From the NCBI GenBank assembly GCA_041736435.1, contig JBGSTS010000073.1:866-64865 (forward strand): 64,000 nt of DNA, read 5' to 3'. A program made the translations under genes and the position numbers. Every line of letters begins with the position of its first letter. Positions within the stretch are counted from its first letter, which is position 1. The notes under the pieces are model-generated. The model was not told where the DNA came from and did no database searches. It worked only from the letters and a program-made list of their open reading frames with translations. This document shows positions 1 through 10,328 of this stretch, piece by piece. Source of the DNA: Desulfobacterales bacterium (lineage in GTDB: Bacteria > Desulfobacterota > Desulfobacteria > Desulfobacterales > SpSt-501).

Positions 1-11
1 GAGTCAAACGG

Positions 12-629
12 TCATGTCACTCTGCGCAGGGCCCTAAGGCTGGCAACGGCGGAATGCGCCTTGAAGTCGCCTGAATCCAAAGCGTGGTGGTAAACCCGAT
101 AGGGGGCCTGCCCGCCTTGGGCCGGGTCCGGGAAGACATCGTGAAATACCAGCAGTCCGCCGGGGATCAGGTGAGGGGACCAGGCGCGGTAGTCGCCCAG
201 AACGGTGTCGAAGGCGTGGCCGCCGTCGATGAACACTAAGCTCAGCCGGGTGCCCCAGGCGCGGGCGACCACCTCCGAGCGGCAGACGATAGGGACCACG
301 GCGTTCTCCAGCCCGGCCAGAGACAACGTATTGCGGAAATGGGGGAAGGTGTCCACCCGGCCCGCAACGGGATCGAAAAGGGCCGGGTCGAAGTACTCCT
401 GCCCGGGCTGCTGCTCCTCGGACCCCCGGTGGTGGTCCACGGAAAAAAGCACCTGCCGTTTCTCCCGGCACGCGGATCCGATCCACAGCGCGGATTTACC
501 GCAGTAACTGCCGATCTCCAGGCACGGTCCGGTTCCGGCGGCATCTAGGGCAAGCCGATGCAAATGCCACCCCTCCTCCTCGTCGAGAAACCCCTTGGTG
601 GCCCGAATCAGATCAAGGTCAGGAGGCAT
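12..629 (-). CDS. Class I SAM-dependent methyltransferase (Methyltransf_24-like)
   Basis: Motifs LEIGSYCGKS, SVDHH, FIDGGH and FHD. ATG at 629 preferred over the ORF-track start at 656. Confidence 0.8.
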   Translation of the reverse strand: MPPDLDLIRATKGFLDEEEGWHLHRLALDAAGTGPCLEIGSYCGKSALWIGSACREKRQVLFSVDHHRGSEEQQPGQEYFDPALFDPVAGRVDTFPHFRNTLSLAGLENAVVPIVCRSEVVARAWGTRLSLVFIDGGHAFDTVLGDYRAWSPHLIPGGLLVFHDVFPDPAQGGQAPYRVYHHALDSGDFKAHSAVASLRALRRVT

Positions 630-710
630 GAAGAACCTCGTTGCTCCAGGCTGCAAGCCGAAAACCCGAGGACAGAAGCACGCACAGCCTCGTGAGTGGA
701 GGGATCCTTT

Positions 711-2912
711 TTAAACATCATGCTTCCCCCCGGCCTCCAGCTTTGAGCCGGTAGCTTTCTGGCCCGTCGGGTCCTTTCTCTCAAAACTGCTCACCAACAC
801 CTCCCGCGGCTTGACGCCGTCGGACGGGCCCACGACCCCTTCACGCTCCATCGTTTCGATGATGCGGGCGGCGCGGTTGTAGCCGATGCGCAGGTGCCGC
901 TGAACCATGGAAATGGACGCCTGGCGAATGCGCGTAACGAGCTCGACCGCATCGTCGTAGCGCTCGTCGTAGTCGTCCCCCCCGTTCGGGCCCGCGGCCT
1001 CCACAGGCGGTGCCTCGGTCACTTGCTGATCGTACTCGGGCGCGTCCTGCTTTTTAAGATGGTCGATGATCCGGCTGAGCTCTTCCTCGGAAATAAACGC
1101 CCCGTGAATCCGCTGCAGCTTGCCGGTGCCCGGAGGCAAAAAAAGCATGTCGCCGTTGCCCAGCAGGTTCTCAGCACCGTTGGCGTCGATGATGGTCCGC
1201 GAGTCTGTTTTCGAGGAGACCTGGAAGGTCAGCCGGGTGGGAAAGTTGGCTTTGATGATCCCCGTCAGAACGTCCACCGACGGCCGCTGGGTCGCCAGGA
1301 TCAGGTGGATTCCGGCGGCACGGGCCATTTGCGCCAGCCGCGTCAGGGCCACCTCGACATCGCGCGAGGCTACCATCATCAGATCCGCCAGTTCGTCGAT
1401 GATGATCACAATGTAGGGCAACTTCTCCGGGGTCTCGCCGGGCGTCGGTTTTTCGGTATCGACCTTCTGGTTGTACTGCTTGATGTTGCGGGCCTTTTTC
1501 TCGGAGAGTCGCTCGTAGCGGCGCTCCATTTCGCGCACCGCCCAGAACAGGGCGTGGGTCGCCTTTTTGGCGTCGGTCACCACCGGGGTGATCAGGTGCG
1601 GAATGCCGTCATAGTTCGACAGCTCGATGCGCTTGGGATCCACCATGATGATCTTCGCCTCGTCCGGCCGCGCCTTGTAGAGCAGGCTGCAGATCATCGC
1701 GTTCAGGGCCACGCTTTTGCCGCTGCCGGTGGCGCCGGCAATCAGCAGATGCGGCATCTTGTCGAGCTCCGCGACCACCGGGGCCCCGACGATGTCCCGG
1801 CCGAGGCATAGCGTGAGCCGGGATTTGGATTTTTCAAAGGCGGCGGAGGCCACGACCTCCTTGAACTTCACGACCTCCCGCATGAGATTGGGCACCTCGA
1901 TGCCGATGGCGGCCTTGCCCGGTATCGGTGCCACAATGCGGATGCTGGTGGCACGCAAGGCCAGGGCCAAGTCGTCGGAGAGGTTGCTCACCTTGTTGAT
2001 CTTGACCCCGGGCGCCGGTTCATATTCGAACGTGGTGACCACCGGCCCCGGGGACACGGCCACCACCTTACCGTTGACGCCGTAATCCTCCAGCTTCTTT
2101 TCAAGCAGCTTCGACTGCATCCGAAGGCTGTCCTCATCCTGCGTTTTCGGCCGTGCCTCCGGGTCCTCCAGCAGACTGAAGGGCGGCAGGTGGTAGCCCT
2201 TTCCGGTCTGCATGAAATCGAACACCTCCTGCTTGTGCGGCGGCACGGTCTTGACCGGCTTGGGCACAGCCTGGATTTTGATCTGCTTGGAGCGGGCGAC
2301 GAGCTTTTCGGGCTCCGACCGGGCCAGGCGCTGCGCGCGCAGTCGGCGCTCCTTCAATTTGAGATAGCGCGTCAGCAGGCCGTCATACCCGGCGCCGAAC
2401 CAACCGCCGCTGCGCTGCAGGAAGGCCAGCACGGAAAACCCCGTCGCCAAAATAAACCCGATCAGCCAGAGCAGCACCAGGATGATCATGCCGCCGGTGG
2501 CATTGGTGTAGGCCACCAGAAAGGCCTTGAGCGGCAACCCCAGCATGCCGCCGGTGGAGAAGCGTTTGCCGAACAGCTCGTAGGCGTCCTGATGCACCGC
2601 CAGCAGGCTGCCGGTGGTCAGAATCAGGAGAATACCGCCGATCAGTGTGGTAAGCATCACCCGGCCCGACTGGTTACCGAAAAAATGGATGCTTCCGATG
2701 AGCAGCAGGACCGGAATCCAGAACGCCCCCAGCCCGAAGAGCCCGATCAGAAGGCCGGCCAGGTGGGCGCCGGCCAAACCGAACAGGTTCTGAACACGCG
2801 CCCCGGAGCCGGCGCTATGAATGGAGGGGTCCGACGGGCTGTAGGACAGCAGGCTGATCAGCGAGAAGATCACGAAGAAAAAAAGAGAAATGGCGATGAT
2901 TTCACGACGCAT
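711..2912 (-). CDS. ftsK: DNA translocase FtsK/SpoIIIE
   Basis: N-terminal TM helices, PHLLIAGATGSGKS Walker A, IIDELADLMM Walker B, ATQRPSVDV, gamma domain SISMVQRHLRIGYNRAARI. Confidence 0.97.
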   Translation of the reverse strand: MRREIIAISLFFFVIFSLISLLSYSPSDPSIHSAGSGARVQNLFGLAGAHLAGLLIGLFGLGAFWIPVLLLIGSIHFFGNQSGRVMLTTLIGGILLILTTGSLLAVHQDAYELFGKRFSTGGMLGLPLKAFLVAYTNATGGMIILVLLWLIGFILATGFSVLAFLQRSGGWFGAGYDGLLTRYLKLKERRLRAQRLARSEPEKLVARSKQIKIQAVPKPVKTVPPHKQEVFDFMQTGKGYHLPPFSLLEDPEARPKTQDEDSLRMQSKLLEKKLEDYGVNGKVVAVSPGPVVTTFEYEPAPGVKINKVSNLSDDLALALRATSIRIVAPIPGKAAIGIEVPNLMREVVKFKEVVASAAFEKSKSRLTLCLGRDIVGAPVVAELDKMPHLLIAGATGSGKSVALNAMICSLLYKARPDEAKIIMVDPKRIELSNYDGIPHLITPVVTDAKKATHALFWAVREMERRYERLSEKKARNIKQYNQKVDTEKPTPGETPEKLPYIVIIIDELADLMMVASRDVEVALTRLAQMARAAGIHLILATQRPSVDVLTGIIKANFPTRLTFQVSSKTDSRTIIDANGAENLLGNGDMLFLPPGTGKLQRIHGAFISEEELSRIIDHLKKQDAPEYDQQVTEAPPVEAAGPNGGDDYDERYDDAVELVTRIRQASISMVQRHLRIGYNRAARIIETMEREGVVGPSDGVKPREVLVSSFERKDPTGQKATGSKLEAGGKHDV

Positions 2913-2938
2913 GGCGTTCCAACCGTTTCACGTTTGTG

Positions 2939-4588
2939 TCACACTTCCATAATAAAGGGCAAGATGAAGGGTCTGCGCCCGATCGTGAAGAAAAAATACT
3001 GCCGCAACGCCACCTGAAGCCGGCTGCGTATTCGATCGATGCGATGGGGTGTTTCGGGGGGCAGCTCCTCCACCACCTCGAGCACCACACAGTGCGCATC
3101 CTGAAGCAGGTAGCCGGTTTCGGTTTCGAACACGAAGCCGCGCGAGACGATTTCAGGCCCGTAGACGATGATCCCGGTCTCTTCGTCGAAGGCCAGCGTG
3201 ACGGCGACGAAACCCTCCTCCGACAGCATCCGCCGCTCCTTGAGCACCGCACGGCCCACATCGCCGACCCCCTTGCCGTCGATCAACACCCGCCCCGTGT
3301 CCACGCTGCCGTGAATACGGCCCACCTGGTTTTCAAACTCGATGACCTGGCCGTTTTCCGCCAGCAAAATAGCCTCGCGGCCGATTCCCGTCTCCTGCGC
3401 GAGGCGCCCGTGCAGCACCAGGTGGCGGTATTCCCCGTGGACCGGAATGAAATAGCGGGGGCGGGTCAAGCGGATCATCTGCTGCAGCTCGTCGCGAAAG
3501 GCGTGCCCGGAGACGTGGACATCCGCGATCTTTTCGTAGACGACTTCGGCTCCGCGGCGATAGAGATTGTCGATGATGCGGGTGATCGCCCGCTCGTTGC
3601 CAGGGATAAACTTCGAGGAGAACACCACCGTGTCCCCTTTTTTGATTCTGATCTGCTTGTGCGCACCGGAGGCCATCCGCGCCAGCGCCGACATCGGCTC
3701 CCCCTGGCTGCCGGTGGTGATGATCAGCACCTCGTCGTCGGGGAACTCCTGGACCAGGTCGATGCTGACATCGCTGCCGGCCGCCACCCGCAGGTAGCCC
3801 AGCGCCTTGGCGATCTCCACGCTGGCCTCAATGTTGCGGCCGCTGATGATCACCTTGCGCCCGGCCTTGCGACCGATGTCCACCATCATCTGAATCCGGG
3901 CGATGTTGGAGGCAAACAGCGCGACGATAATGCGGCCGGGGCTGTCCGCCACGATCCGCACGAGGGCCTCCTCGATCCGCGTTTCCGGCAGGGTGGCGCC
4001 CTTGCGCTCGATGTTGGTCGAGTCGGACATCAGGGCCAACACGCCCTGCTCGCCGCACCGCGCGAATTTTTGGATGTCGGTGCTCATCCCCCCGAAGGCC
4101 CCGGGACTGAGCTTGAAGTCCCCAGTGTGCACGACGAGGCCCTCCGGGGTGCGGATGGCCAGCCCGACCCCGTCTACCACGCTGTGGCTGACACGGATGA
4201 AATCGATCGTGAAGGGCCCCAGGCTCAGCGGCTGTTCGGGTGAAATGACCTGCAGGCCGGCCGGGGTTGCGATCTCGAACTCCGCGAGCTTCTGACGCAC
4301 CAGGCCCAGTGTAAAGGGCGTGCCGAAAACCGGCACGTGGACATCCCGCAGCAGGAAAGGCAAGGCACCGATGTGGTCTTCATGTGCGTGCGTGAGCACG
4401 ATGCCAATCAACCGGTGCTTATTCAGGCGGACATAAGACATGTCGGGGATCACGAAATCCACCCCCAGCATGTGGTCTTCCGGGAACATGAGGCCGGCAT
4501 CCACGACCATCATCGAACCTGCAAACTCGCAGACCGTCATGTTCAACCCGATTTCACCCAGACCTCCGAGCGGGATCAACCGGAGCAT
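2939..4588 (-). CDS. rnj: Ribonuclease J
   Basis: Starts MLRLIPLGGLGEIGLNM; metallo-beta-lactamase motif THAHEDHIG; HTGDFK, GSQGEP, HVSGH, PVHGE. Confidence 0.95.
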   Translation of the reverse strand: MLRLIPLGGLGEIGLNMTVCEFAGSMMVVDAGLMFPEDHMLGVDFVIPDMSYVRLNKHRLIGIVLTHAHEDHIGALPFLLRDVHVPVFGTPFTLGLVRQKLAEFEIATPAGLQVISPEQPLSLGPFTIDFIRVSHSVVDGVGLAIRTPEGLVVHTGDFKLSPGAFGGMSTDIQKFARCGEQGVLALMSDSTNIERKGATLPETRIEEALVRIVADSPGRIIVALFASNIARIQMMVDIGRKAGRKVIISGRNIEASVEIAKALGYLRVAAGSDVSIDLVQEFPDDEVLIITTGSQGEPMSALARMASGAHKQIRIKKGDTVVFSSKFIPGNERAITRIIDNLYRRGAEVVYEKIADVHVSGHAFRDELQQMIRLTRPRYFIPVHGEYRHLVLHGRLAQETGIGREAILLAENGQVIEFENQVGRIHGSVDTGRVLIDGKGVGDVGRAVLKERRMLSEEGFVAVTLAFDEETGIIVYGPEIVSRGFVFETETGYLLQDAHCVVLEVVEELPPETPHRIDRIRSRLQVALRQYFFFTIGRRPFILPFIMEV

Positions 4589-5367
4589 CGCACCTCCCCG
4601 GCGGCCCACCCGCCGACACCCCGGCGCAGGGCCTCGCTCACCCGCTGCATAAGGGCCTCCTTGGATTCGGGGGTGTAAGCCGAAGAGGCGATGGGGTCCC
4701 CGACCTCCAGTGTCACGTCTCGCGGGCGGATGAGCCATGCGCTCTTCGGCATGATGGCGTAAGTGCCGCGGATCACAACCGGAACCACCGCAACGCCGGC
4801 GTTGATCGCCATGACAAAGCCGCCCTTTTTAAAGGGCCTCAAGGCCCCGTCCAGGCTGCGCGTTCCCTCCGGGAAAATCATGATCGACACGCCCCGGCGG
4901 AGAGCACCGGCGGCCTCCCCCAGGCTCTGAAACGCGGAGCTTCGATCGGCGCGGTCGATGCTGATGTAGCCCGCGGCCCGCATCGCCCGCCCGAACAACG
5001 GAATTTTGAAAAGTTCCGCTTTGGCCAGCCAGCGGAATTGAACCGGCAGACGCCCGAGCAGGACAGGAATATCGTAGTTGCTTTGATGGTTGGCCATGAA
5101 AACATAAGCCATCGCCGGGTCAAGGCGTTCAAGGCCCAAGACCGCGACGCGAATTCCGCTGACGGCCAGGATGGAACGGCCCCACGCACGCCCCACGAGG
5201 TGGCCCATGTGGCCCTGGCGCGAGAAAACAGAGACAGCCAGCGTCGCCAATCCAAAAATCAGCGTTCCAGCTGCAATCCAGGCGTAGATCAGGGCCGAAT
5301 GCGCCCAGATGAGCCAAATGCGGGTCCCTGTAATTTGCGGCGTGCACGGCGAGAATGCGTTCGTCAC
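4576..5367 (-). CDS. plsC: 1-acyl-sn-glycerol-3-phosphate acyltransferase (start uncertain)
   Basis: NHQSNYD (HxxxxD), FPEGTRS and FKKGGF motifs. Confidence 0.85.
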   Translation of the reverse strand: MTNAFSPCTPQITGTRIWLIWAHSALIYAWIAAGTLIFGLATLAVSVFSRQGHMGHLVGRAWGRSILAVSGIRVAVLGLERLDPAMAYVFMANHQSNYDIPVLLGRLPVQFRWLAKAELFKIPLFGRAMRAAGYISIDRADRSSAFQSLGEAAGALRRGVSIMIFPEGTRSLDGALRPFKKGGFVMAINAGVAVVPVVIRGTYAIMPKSAWLIRPRDVTLEVGDPIASSAYTPESKEALMQRVSEALRRGVGGWAAGEVRCSG

Positions 5368-5404
5368 CCTGCGGTTCCTCTCCCCGAAATGGATGGAGTG
5401 CACT

Positions 5405-5737
5405 TCAGACGGAGATCCCCAGCCGCAGCAGCATGTCGTCCACCATCTGAATGAGCCAGTTGCGCTGCTCCTCCGTGGCATAGGCGATGCATTCGCAGCG
5501 GATGCGCTGCCGCGTGCGGATCAGCAGCTCCACGGACAGCCTCTCTTCGCATAGATCCAGCGCCGCAAAGAAGGGTTGGCATTCGAGATGGGCGGTCTGA
5601 GTTGCCGACAGCCGTCCGGGCTCCAAGGGCACCCAGTAAACACCCTCGACGGAGGCCGGGCCGAACCTCTGATCGAGGCATCCCCTGATTTTCTCATAAT
5701 CGGTGAAACGCAGCTGATCAACAACATATTGTTTCAT
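5405..5737 (-). CDS. Hypothetical protein
   Basis: ORF from MKQYVVDQLR, co-oriented and tightly packed upstream of plsC; no family recognised. Confidence 0.65.
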   Translation of the reverse strand: MKQYVVDQLRFTDYEKIRGCLDQRFGPASVEGVYWVPLEPGRLSATQTAHLECQPFFAALDLCEERLSVELLIRTRQRIRCECIAYATEEQRNWLIQMVDDMLLRLGISV

Positions 5738-5873
5738 GTGCAGTGAGGTTACCACAACTGGTGGAGGTCCGCAAGCGGCTTGCCCGCAGTCGCAGGGCGG
5801 TGTGTGTGGAGGGCTCAGGCCCAGGTGCGGGCCGGGCGACGGGAGCGTCAAAACGTGATAAGCGGCGCCGAAT

Positions 5874-5917
5874 AAAAAAGCCCCCTGGCTGCAGTCACCG
5901 CAAGGCCAGGGGGCTTT
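5874..5917 (-). terminator. Intrinsic terminator downstream of ferredoxin
   Basis: Inverted repeat AAAGCCCCCTGGC / GCCAGGGGGCTTT followed by a T6 tract on the minus strand. Confidence 0.8.
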
Positions 5918-5932
5918 AAGAGGAAAACGGGA

Positions 5933-6121
5933 TTACGTCTCTTCGACTTTGATGGCGCCTTCCGAGCAGACTTCCACGCAGCTTTCGCAACCGAGGCACT
6001 CTTCAGCATTCACCGGCACGGATTTTCCGTCCTGCATCTCGAAGACCTCGACCGGGCAAACGTCCACGCACTCTTCACAACCTACGCATTTTTCCTCATC
6101 GACGGTGGGATTGAAAGCCAT
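5933..6121 (-). CDS. fdx: 2x[4Fe-4S] ferredoxin
   Basis: 62 aa, acidic, CVGCEECVDVCP and CLGCESCVEVCS; AAGGAG RBS upstream. Confidence 0.95.
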   Translation of the reverse strand: MAFNPTVDEEKCVGCEECVDVCPVEVFEMQDGKSVPVNAEECLGCESCVEVCSEGAIKVEET

Positions 6122-6318
6122 CAGTTCATCTCCTTTCGGTAGGGTATGCTTCTATGGCGAGCGACCGCCATGGCGTTCCGGATCAACTTACGGAAGAGTG
6201 CATATACCAACTGAAAAGGCGAGTCAAGCCTTGTTGCGTTTTTTTAGGGCAAAATCGAATAAATCAATTTTCAATATAATATCAGGATTTTATTATGTAG
6301 ACTGGGAAACAAGCCACT

Positions 6319-7350
6319 TCAAGCGACGCATGGTTGACGAAATCCGACGGGGGGCACCAAAACCACGATGGTGTGGTCCCAGGGATGTGCGTTCGGAGTT
6401 GCCGTTTCCATTTCAGGATAAGCAGCAGCGAACCGGCTCAAGAGGCGATGGGGGGGGGCATCGGGAAAAAGGGTGACGAGAAGCCCACCCCCGCCCGGAA
6501 CGCCTTCTTCGACGGGCCCGGCGAAGGGGAGGGCCTCGATGCGAGCCTTGGGAGCCACAACCCAGCCCGCAATCTCGTCCATCAACGGCGTGGCGGACGT
6601 CTTCGGGTTCTCGAGCGCTGCCCGGCCCCGCTGCTGGCGCGGCATCAACGGCAGGCCGCGCGCCGCGGCGGACCTCTCCATCAGAAGCTTGACGGTTGCA
6701 GTGCTGGTGGTCGCCAGGACGGGGCTGGGGCAGGCTCGGACCTGAAACAGGCGCGCCCAGGCAATGAGGCGCTCTGGGAGCCGGTGCTCCTCCGGGCCGG
6801 AAGGGGATGGGGTCGCCGCCGGCGTGCGACCGGAAGGTGGCGGGCTCAATCGGCCAATTAGCGCCTCCATCAGCTCCACACTCCGCCTCTGGTGCCGCGC
6901 CAGGTCGCGGAACAGCTCGTCCTCCTGCTGGTCCAGTTCCTGGGCGAGGCGCAGAAAAACCCTGGCCGCCAGCAGCGGGTCCGCCTTGGCAGGGCCTTGC
7001 ACCGGCAGCGGCCGGCATCGGATCTGAGAAGCCAGCCGGTAGACGGAACGCTCCCCGCCCAGCGGGTCCCCGGCCAGATGCGCCTGCCAGAAAGCTCCCG
7101 TCACACCGGCCCCGCCGACATGCCGACGAGCCCACTCCAGAAGCTGCCCGACCGCGGCCGACCCTCCTGTCTCATCGCCGGGGACCGGCGCCAGAATCTC
7201 AAGGAAGCCGCGCTGTTGGAGTTCCCGCATCCGGGGCGGCAGCCCCTCAGCAAAGGGCCGCAGCAGCGAAATGGAACCAAAATGCACCTGCAGGGCTGCG
7301 GCCGCTCGCTCGCCGAGATAGGTGAAGGGAAAGTATACGGGACTCAGCAT
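6319..7350 (-). CDS. Hypothetical protein
   Basis: 343-aa ORF whose start overlaps the stop of the cysteine synthase-CysRS fusion; no family recognised. Confidence 0.6.
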   Translation of the reverse strand: MLSPVYFPFTYLGERAAAALQVHFGSISLLRPFAEGLPPRMRELQQRGFLEILAPVPGDETGGSAAVGQLLEWARRHVGGAGVTGAFWQAHLAGDPLGGERSVYRLASQIRCRPLPVQGPAKADPLLAARVFLRLAQELDQQEDELFRDLARHQRRSVELMEALIGRLSPPPSGRTPAATPSPSGPEEHRLPERLIAWARLFQVRACPSPVLATTSTATVKLLMERSAAARGLPLMPRQQRGRAALENPKTSATPLMDEIAGWVVAPKARIEALPFAGPVEEGVPGGGGLLVTLFPDAPPHRLLSRFAAAYPEMETATPNAHPWDHTIVVLVPPVGFRQPCVA

Positions 7351-9611
7351 AACGAGCCTTGACCGACCGGCGTGCGGTCCTGCACCCGCACCCCGGCGGC
7401 CAGCAACCTCTGTCTCAGCCGGTCCGCCAATTCGAAATCGCCCTCGCGCCTGGCCGTTTCGCGCGCCGCCCGAAGTGTCGAAACCTCCTCCGCGGCGGCC
7501 TCGGGTGCCTGGTTGAATTCAAAGATGCCAAGCACGGCGTCGATCTCCTGAAATGCGGACAGCATCCGGCCGGCGCCGCGCTCATCCATAAGACCGCGGG
7601 CCACCAAGCCGTTGATCCGCCGGACGACCCGAAAAAGGGCCGCGATGACGGCCGACGCATTCAGGTCGTCGTCCATGCCGCGCCGGACCCCCTGGCGGAT
7701 ATCGTAGATCAGCTGGTCGATATCGGGGCAAGGCTCGCCTCGACGAATCTCCCTCAACCCCGCCACGCAACCGTCCAAACGCTGCAGGGAGCGCCGCGCC
7801 TCCTCGATGCGATCCCACGAAAAGACCGCCGGCTTGCGGTAATGGGCCGACATCAGCCAAAGCCGGAGTTCCCGACCGGCGACGCCCGCGGCACGCAGCT
7901 CGCGGATGCCAGGAGCCTCGCCGGGCACCTGTTCCGCGTGAATCCAACAGGTGGCCAGCGGCTTGCCCGTAAGAGCCATTGCAATGGCATTTTCGTTCTC
8001 ATGGTGGGGGAACAGAAGTTCCCGGCTACCGATGTGAAGATCAAAGCGTTCGCCGAGGTATTTCATCGCCATGGCGGTCGTCTGCAAATGCCAGGAAGGG
8101 CGCATATTGCCCCAGTCGGTTTTCATGAAAGCGCCGCGCTTGAGCTCAGAGAGTCGGCAGCGCTTGAAAAGCGCAAAGTCCCCCGGGTTGTTCTTCTCAA
8201 ACGGTTCCATGTCGTTGGAGGCCCTTGCCCGGGTCCGCGCAGGGTCGATTCCGGAGAGCCGGCCATACGTGCTGAGCCGAGACAGGTTGAAATAAAGGGA
8301 ACGCAGCTTTTCGTAGGCAACGCCCTTGGCGGCCAACCGGCGTGCCAGCGCCACCATGTCTTCGGCATGGTCCCGCGCCCGGGGAGTATGCTCGGCCGGC
8401 TGGATGCCGAGCCATGACAGCTCCTCCAGCACCTGGTCGAGGTGGCCGAGGGCGGCCGCCTCGACCGCAGACCGGGCGGCATCGGGTTCCAGATCGCTGA
8501 GGTCCACCACCTGGGTCACGGCCCAACCGCGCCAGCGCAAATAGCGCCGGATCAGGTCGGCCAGCAGAAAACGCCGGGCCTCTCCGAGCTGCAAGGGGCG
8601 ATGGGCATGGGGCCCGCAGGTGTACATGGCGACGCGGCCGGCTTGCAGGGGCACCAGGGGTTCGCGGGACCGGCTGAGGCGGTTGTAGACCTGAAGTTCG
8701 AGCTTTTCCTGGTCCGAGAACAACGCCGTGCTGAGATACCGTTCGCCGCTGTCCGGCAAAATGACGACCACGGTACCTGCACCCAGCAGCCGCGCCTCCC
8801 GCAGGGCGGCCGCCATGGCCGCACCGCTGCTCATGCCGACCAGAAGCCCCTCGTCCCGGGCCAGGCGCCGTGCGCACGCATAGGCCTCCTCGTCGTCGAC
8901 GTTGACCATTTTGTCCAGGCGCTGTCGCTCGAAGATTTCCGGGCAGTAGGCCTCCTTGAGGTTTTTCAACCCCTGAATCCGATGCCCGAGATAAGGCTCC
9001 ACCCCCACCACGCTGACGGCGGGGTTGTGCTCTTTCAGCCGCCGTGAGACGCCCATCAGGGTGCCGGTGGTCCCCATGGTGGCCACCAGGACTGTGACGG
9101 CGCCGCCGGTCTGGCGCCAGATTTCCTCGGCGGTACCGTGATAATGCGCTTTCCAGTTGGCCTCGTTGTTGAACTGGTCCACCGCGACATACCGATCGGG
9201 GTGCTCGCGCACCCGGCGGTAGACCTCCTCGATGGCGCCGTCGGTTCCGAGATGACCGGGGGTGAGCAGGATCTGCGCGCCCCGCGCCTGCAGAATCTTG
9301 CGCCGCTCCATGCTCGCTGCTTCGGACATGGCCAGCAGCAGCCGGTAGCCCTTCACCGCGCACACCATGGCCAATCCGATCCCGGTGTTGCCGCTGGTCG
9401 CCTCGACCACGGTCTTGTCGGGGGTCAGCTCGCCGGAGCGTTCCGCGGCCTCGATCATGGACAACGCCGCCCGATCCTTAATGGAACCGCCCGGGTTGAG
9501 GTACTCGAGCTTGGCCAGGATCTTGACCCGGGGGTTGGGGTTCATACGGCGGATTTCCACCAACGGCGTGTTGCCGATCAGATCGAGAATGCCGGTGGGG
9601 GGGGTGGTCAT
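7344..9611 (-). CDS. Cysteine synthase (CysM/K-type, PLP) fused to a degenerate cysteinyl-tRNA synthetase-like domain
   Basis: N-half: IGNTPLV, KLEYLNPGGSIKDR (PLP Lys), ATSGNTG, GTTGT, PDSGERYLST. C-half: VYNRLSR, MYTCGP, DFALFK, FPHHENE, HYRKP, MDDDLN and anticodon-domain RETARREGDFELADRLR. Confidence 0.9.
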   Translation of the reverse strand: MTTPPTGILDLIGNTPLVEIRRMNPNPRVKILAKLEYLNPGGSIKDRAALSMIEAAERSGELTPDKTVVEATSGNTGIGLAMVCAVKGYRLLLAMSEAASMERRKILQARGAQILLTPGHLGTDGAIEEVYRRVREHPDRYVAVDQFNNEANWKAHYHGTAEEIWRQTGGAVTVLVATMGTTGTLMGVSRRLKEHNPAVSVVGVEPYLGHRIQGLKNLKEAYCPEIFERQRLDKMVNVDDEEAYACARRLARDEGLLVGMSSGAAMAAALREARLLGAGTVVVILPDSGERYLSTALFSDQEKLELQVYNRLSRSREPLVPLQAGRVAMYTCGPHAHRPLQLGEARRFLLADLIRRYLRWRGWAVTQVVDLSDLEPDAARSAVEAAALGHLDQVLEELSWLGIQPAEHTPRARDHAEDMVALARRLAAKGVAYEKLRSLYFNLSRLSTYGRLSGIDPARTRARASNDMEPFEKNNPGDFALFKRCRLSELKRGAFMKTDWGNMRPSWHLQTTAMAMKYLGERFDLHIGSRELLFPHHENENAIAMALTGKPLATCWIHAEQVPGEAPGIRELRAAGVAGRELRLWLMSAHYRKPAVFSWDRIEEARRSLQRLDGCVAGLREIRRGEPCPDIDQLIYDIRQGVRRGMDDDLNASAVIAALFRVVRRINGLVARGLMDERGAGRMLSAFQEIDAVLGIFEFNQAPEAAAEEVSTLRAARETARREGDFELADRLRQRLLAAGVRVQDRTPVGQGSLC

Positions 9612-9624
9612 GGCATGGGCGCGC

Positions 9625-10278
9625 TCATCGCGCGGATGTGCCCGGCCGGTTGATGAACGCATCGACAGCGGAGTGGATCTCCGCCTGGACCCGGCGCTCG
9701 TCCTGGGCGGCGTCCACGATGCGGAACCGATCCGGATCCTGCCGCGCCAGGCTCAAGTACCCTTCCCGCACCCGCCGGTGAAATTCGATGGTCTCACGCT
9801 CGAATCGGCTTTCGGCCAGCGCACGCGCGCCCCTGGCCAGTTGCCCGCGGGCGCGGGACAAGCCCAGCTCGGGCGACAGATCCAACAACAGGGTCAGCTG
9901 CGGCTGCAGGCCGCCCAACACGAGGTGGTGCAGCTGCACGAGCCGCTCCGCCGGCAGTCCTCGGGCAACACCCTGGTAGACAAGCGTGGCGTCGAAAAAA
10001 CGATCGCAGAGCACGGTGCGACCGGCTGCCAGGGCCGGCGAAATAACCTTGTGGACATGCTCGGCCCGATCCGCCATGTAAAGCATGAGCTCGGTTTCCG
10101 ACGCCATGCCCTGGTTCTCGGGGTTGAGGAGCAGTGCCCGAATCGACTTGCCGAGCGGGGTGCCCCCGGGTTCGCGCGTCAGGATACAGCTCGTCCCGCG
10201 GCACTGGAACCACTCGGCCAGGTGCAGGATCTGTGTGGTTTTGCCGGCCCCCTCGCCGCCTTCCAAGGTGATAAGCAT
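9625..10278 (-). CDS. tmk: Thymidylate kinase
   Basis: ITLEGGEGAGKTTQ, TREPGGT, LCDRFFDAT, SRFE. Confidence 0.95.
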   Translation of the reverse strand: MLITLEGGEGAGKTTQILHLAEWFQCRGTSCILTREPGGTPLGKSIRALLLNPENQGMASETELMLYMADRAEHVHKVISPALAAGRTVLCDRFFDATLVYQGVARGLPAERLVQLHHLVLGGLQPQLTLLLDLSPELGLSRARGQLARGARALAESRFERETIEFHRRVREGYLSLARQDPDRFRIVDAAQDERRVQAEIHSAVDAFINRPGTSAR

Positions 10279-10328
10279 GATGTCTCCTGCCCCCGCACAG
10301 TTCACGCCACGATGGTGCCGTGCGGGGG

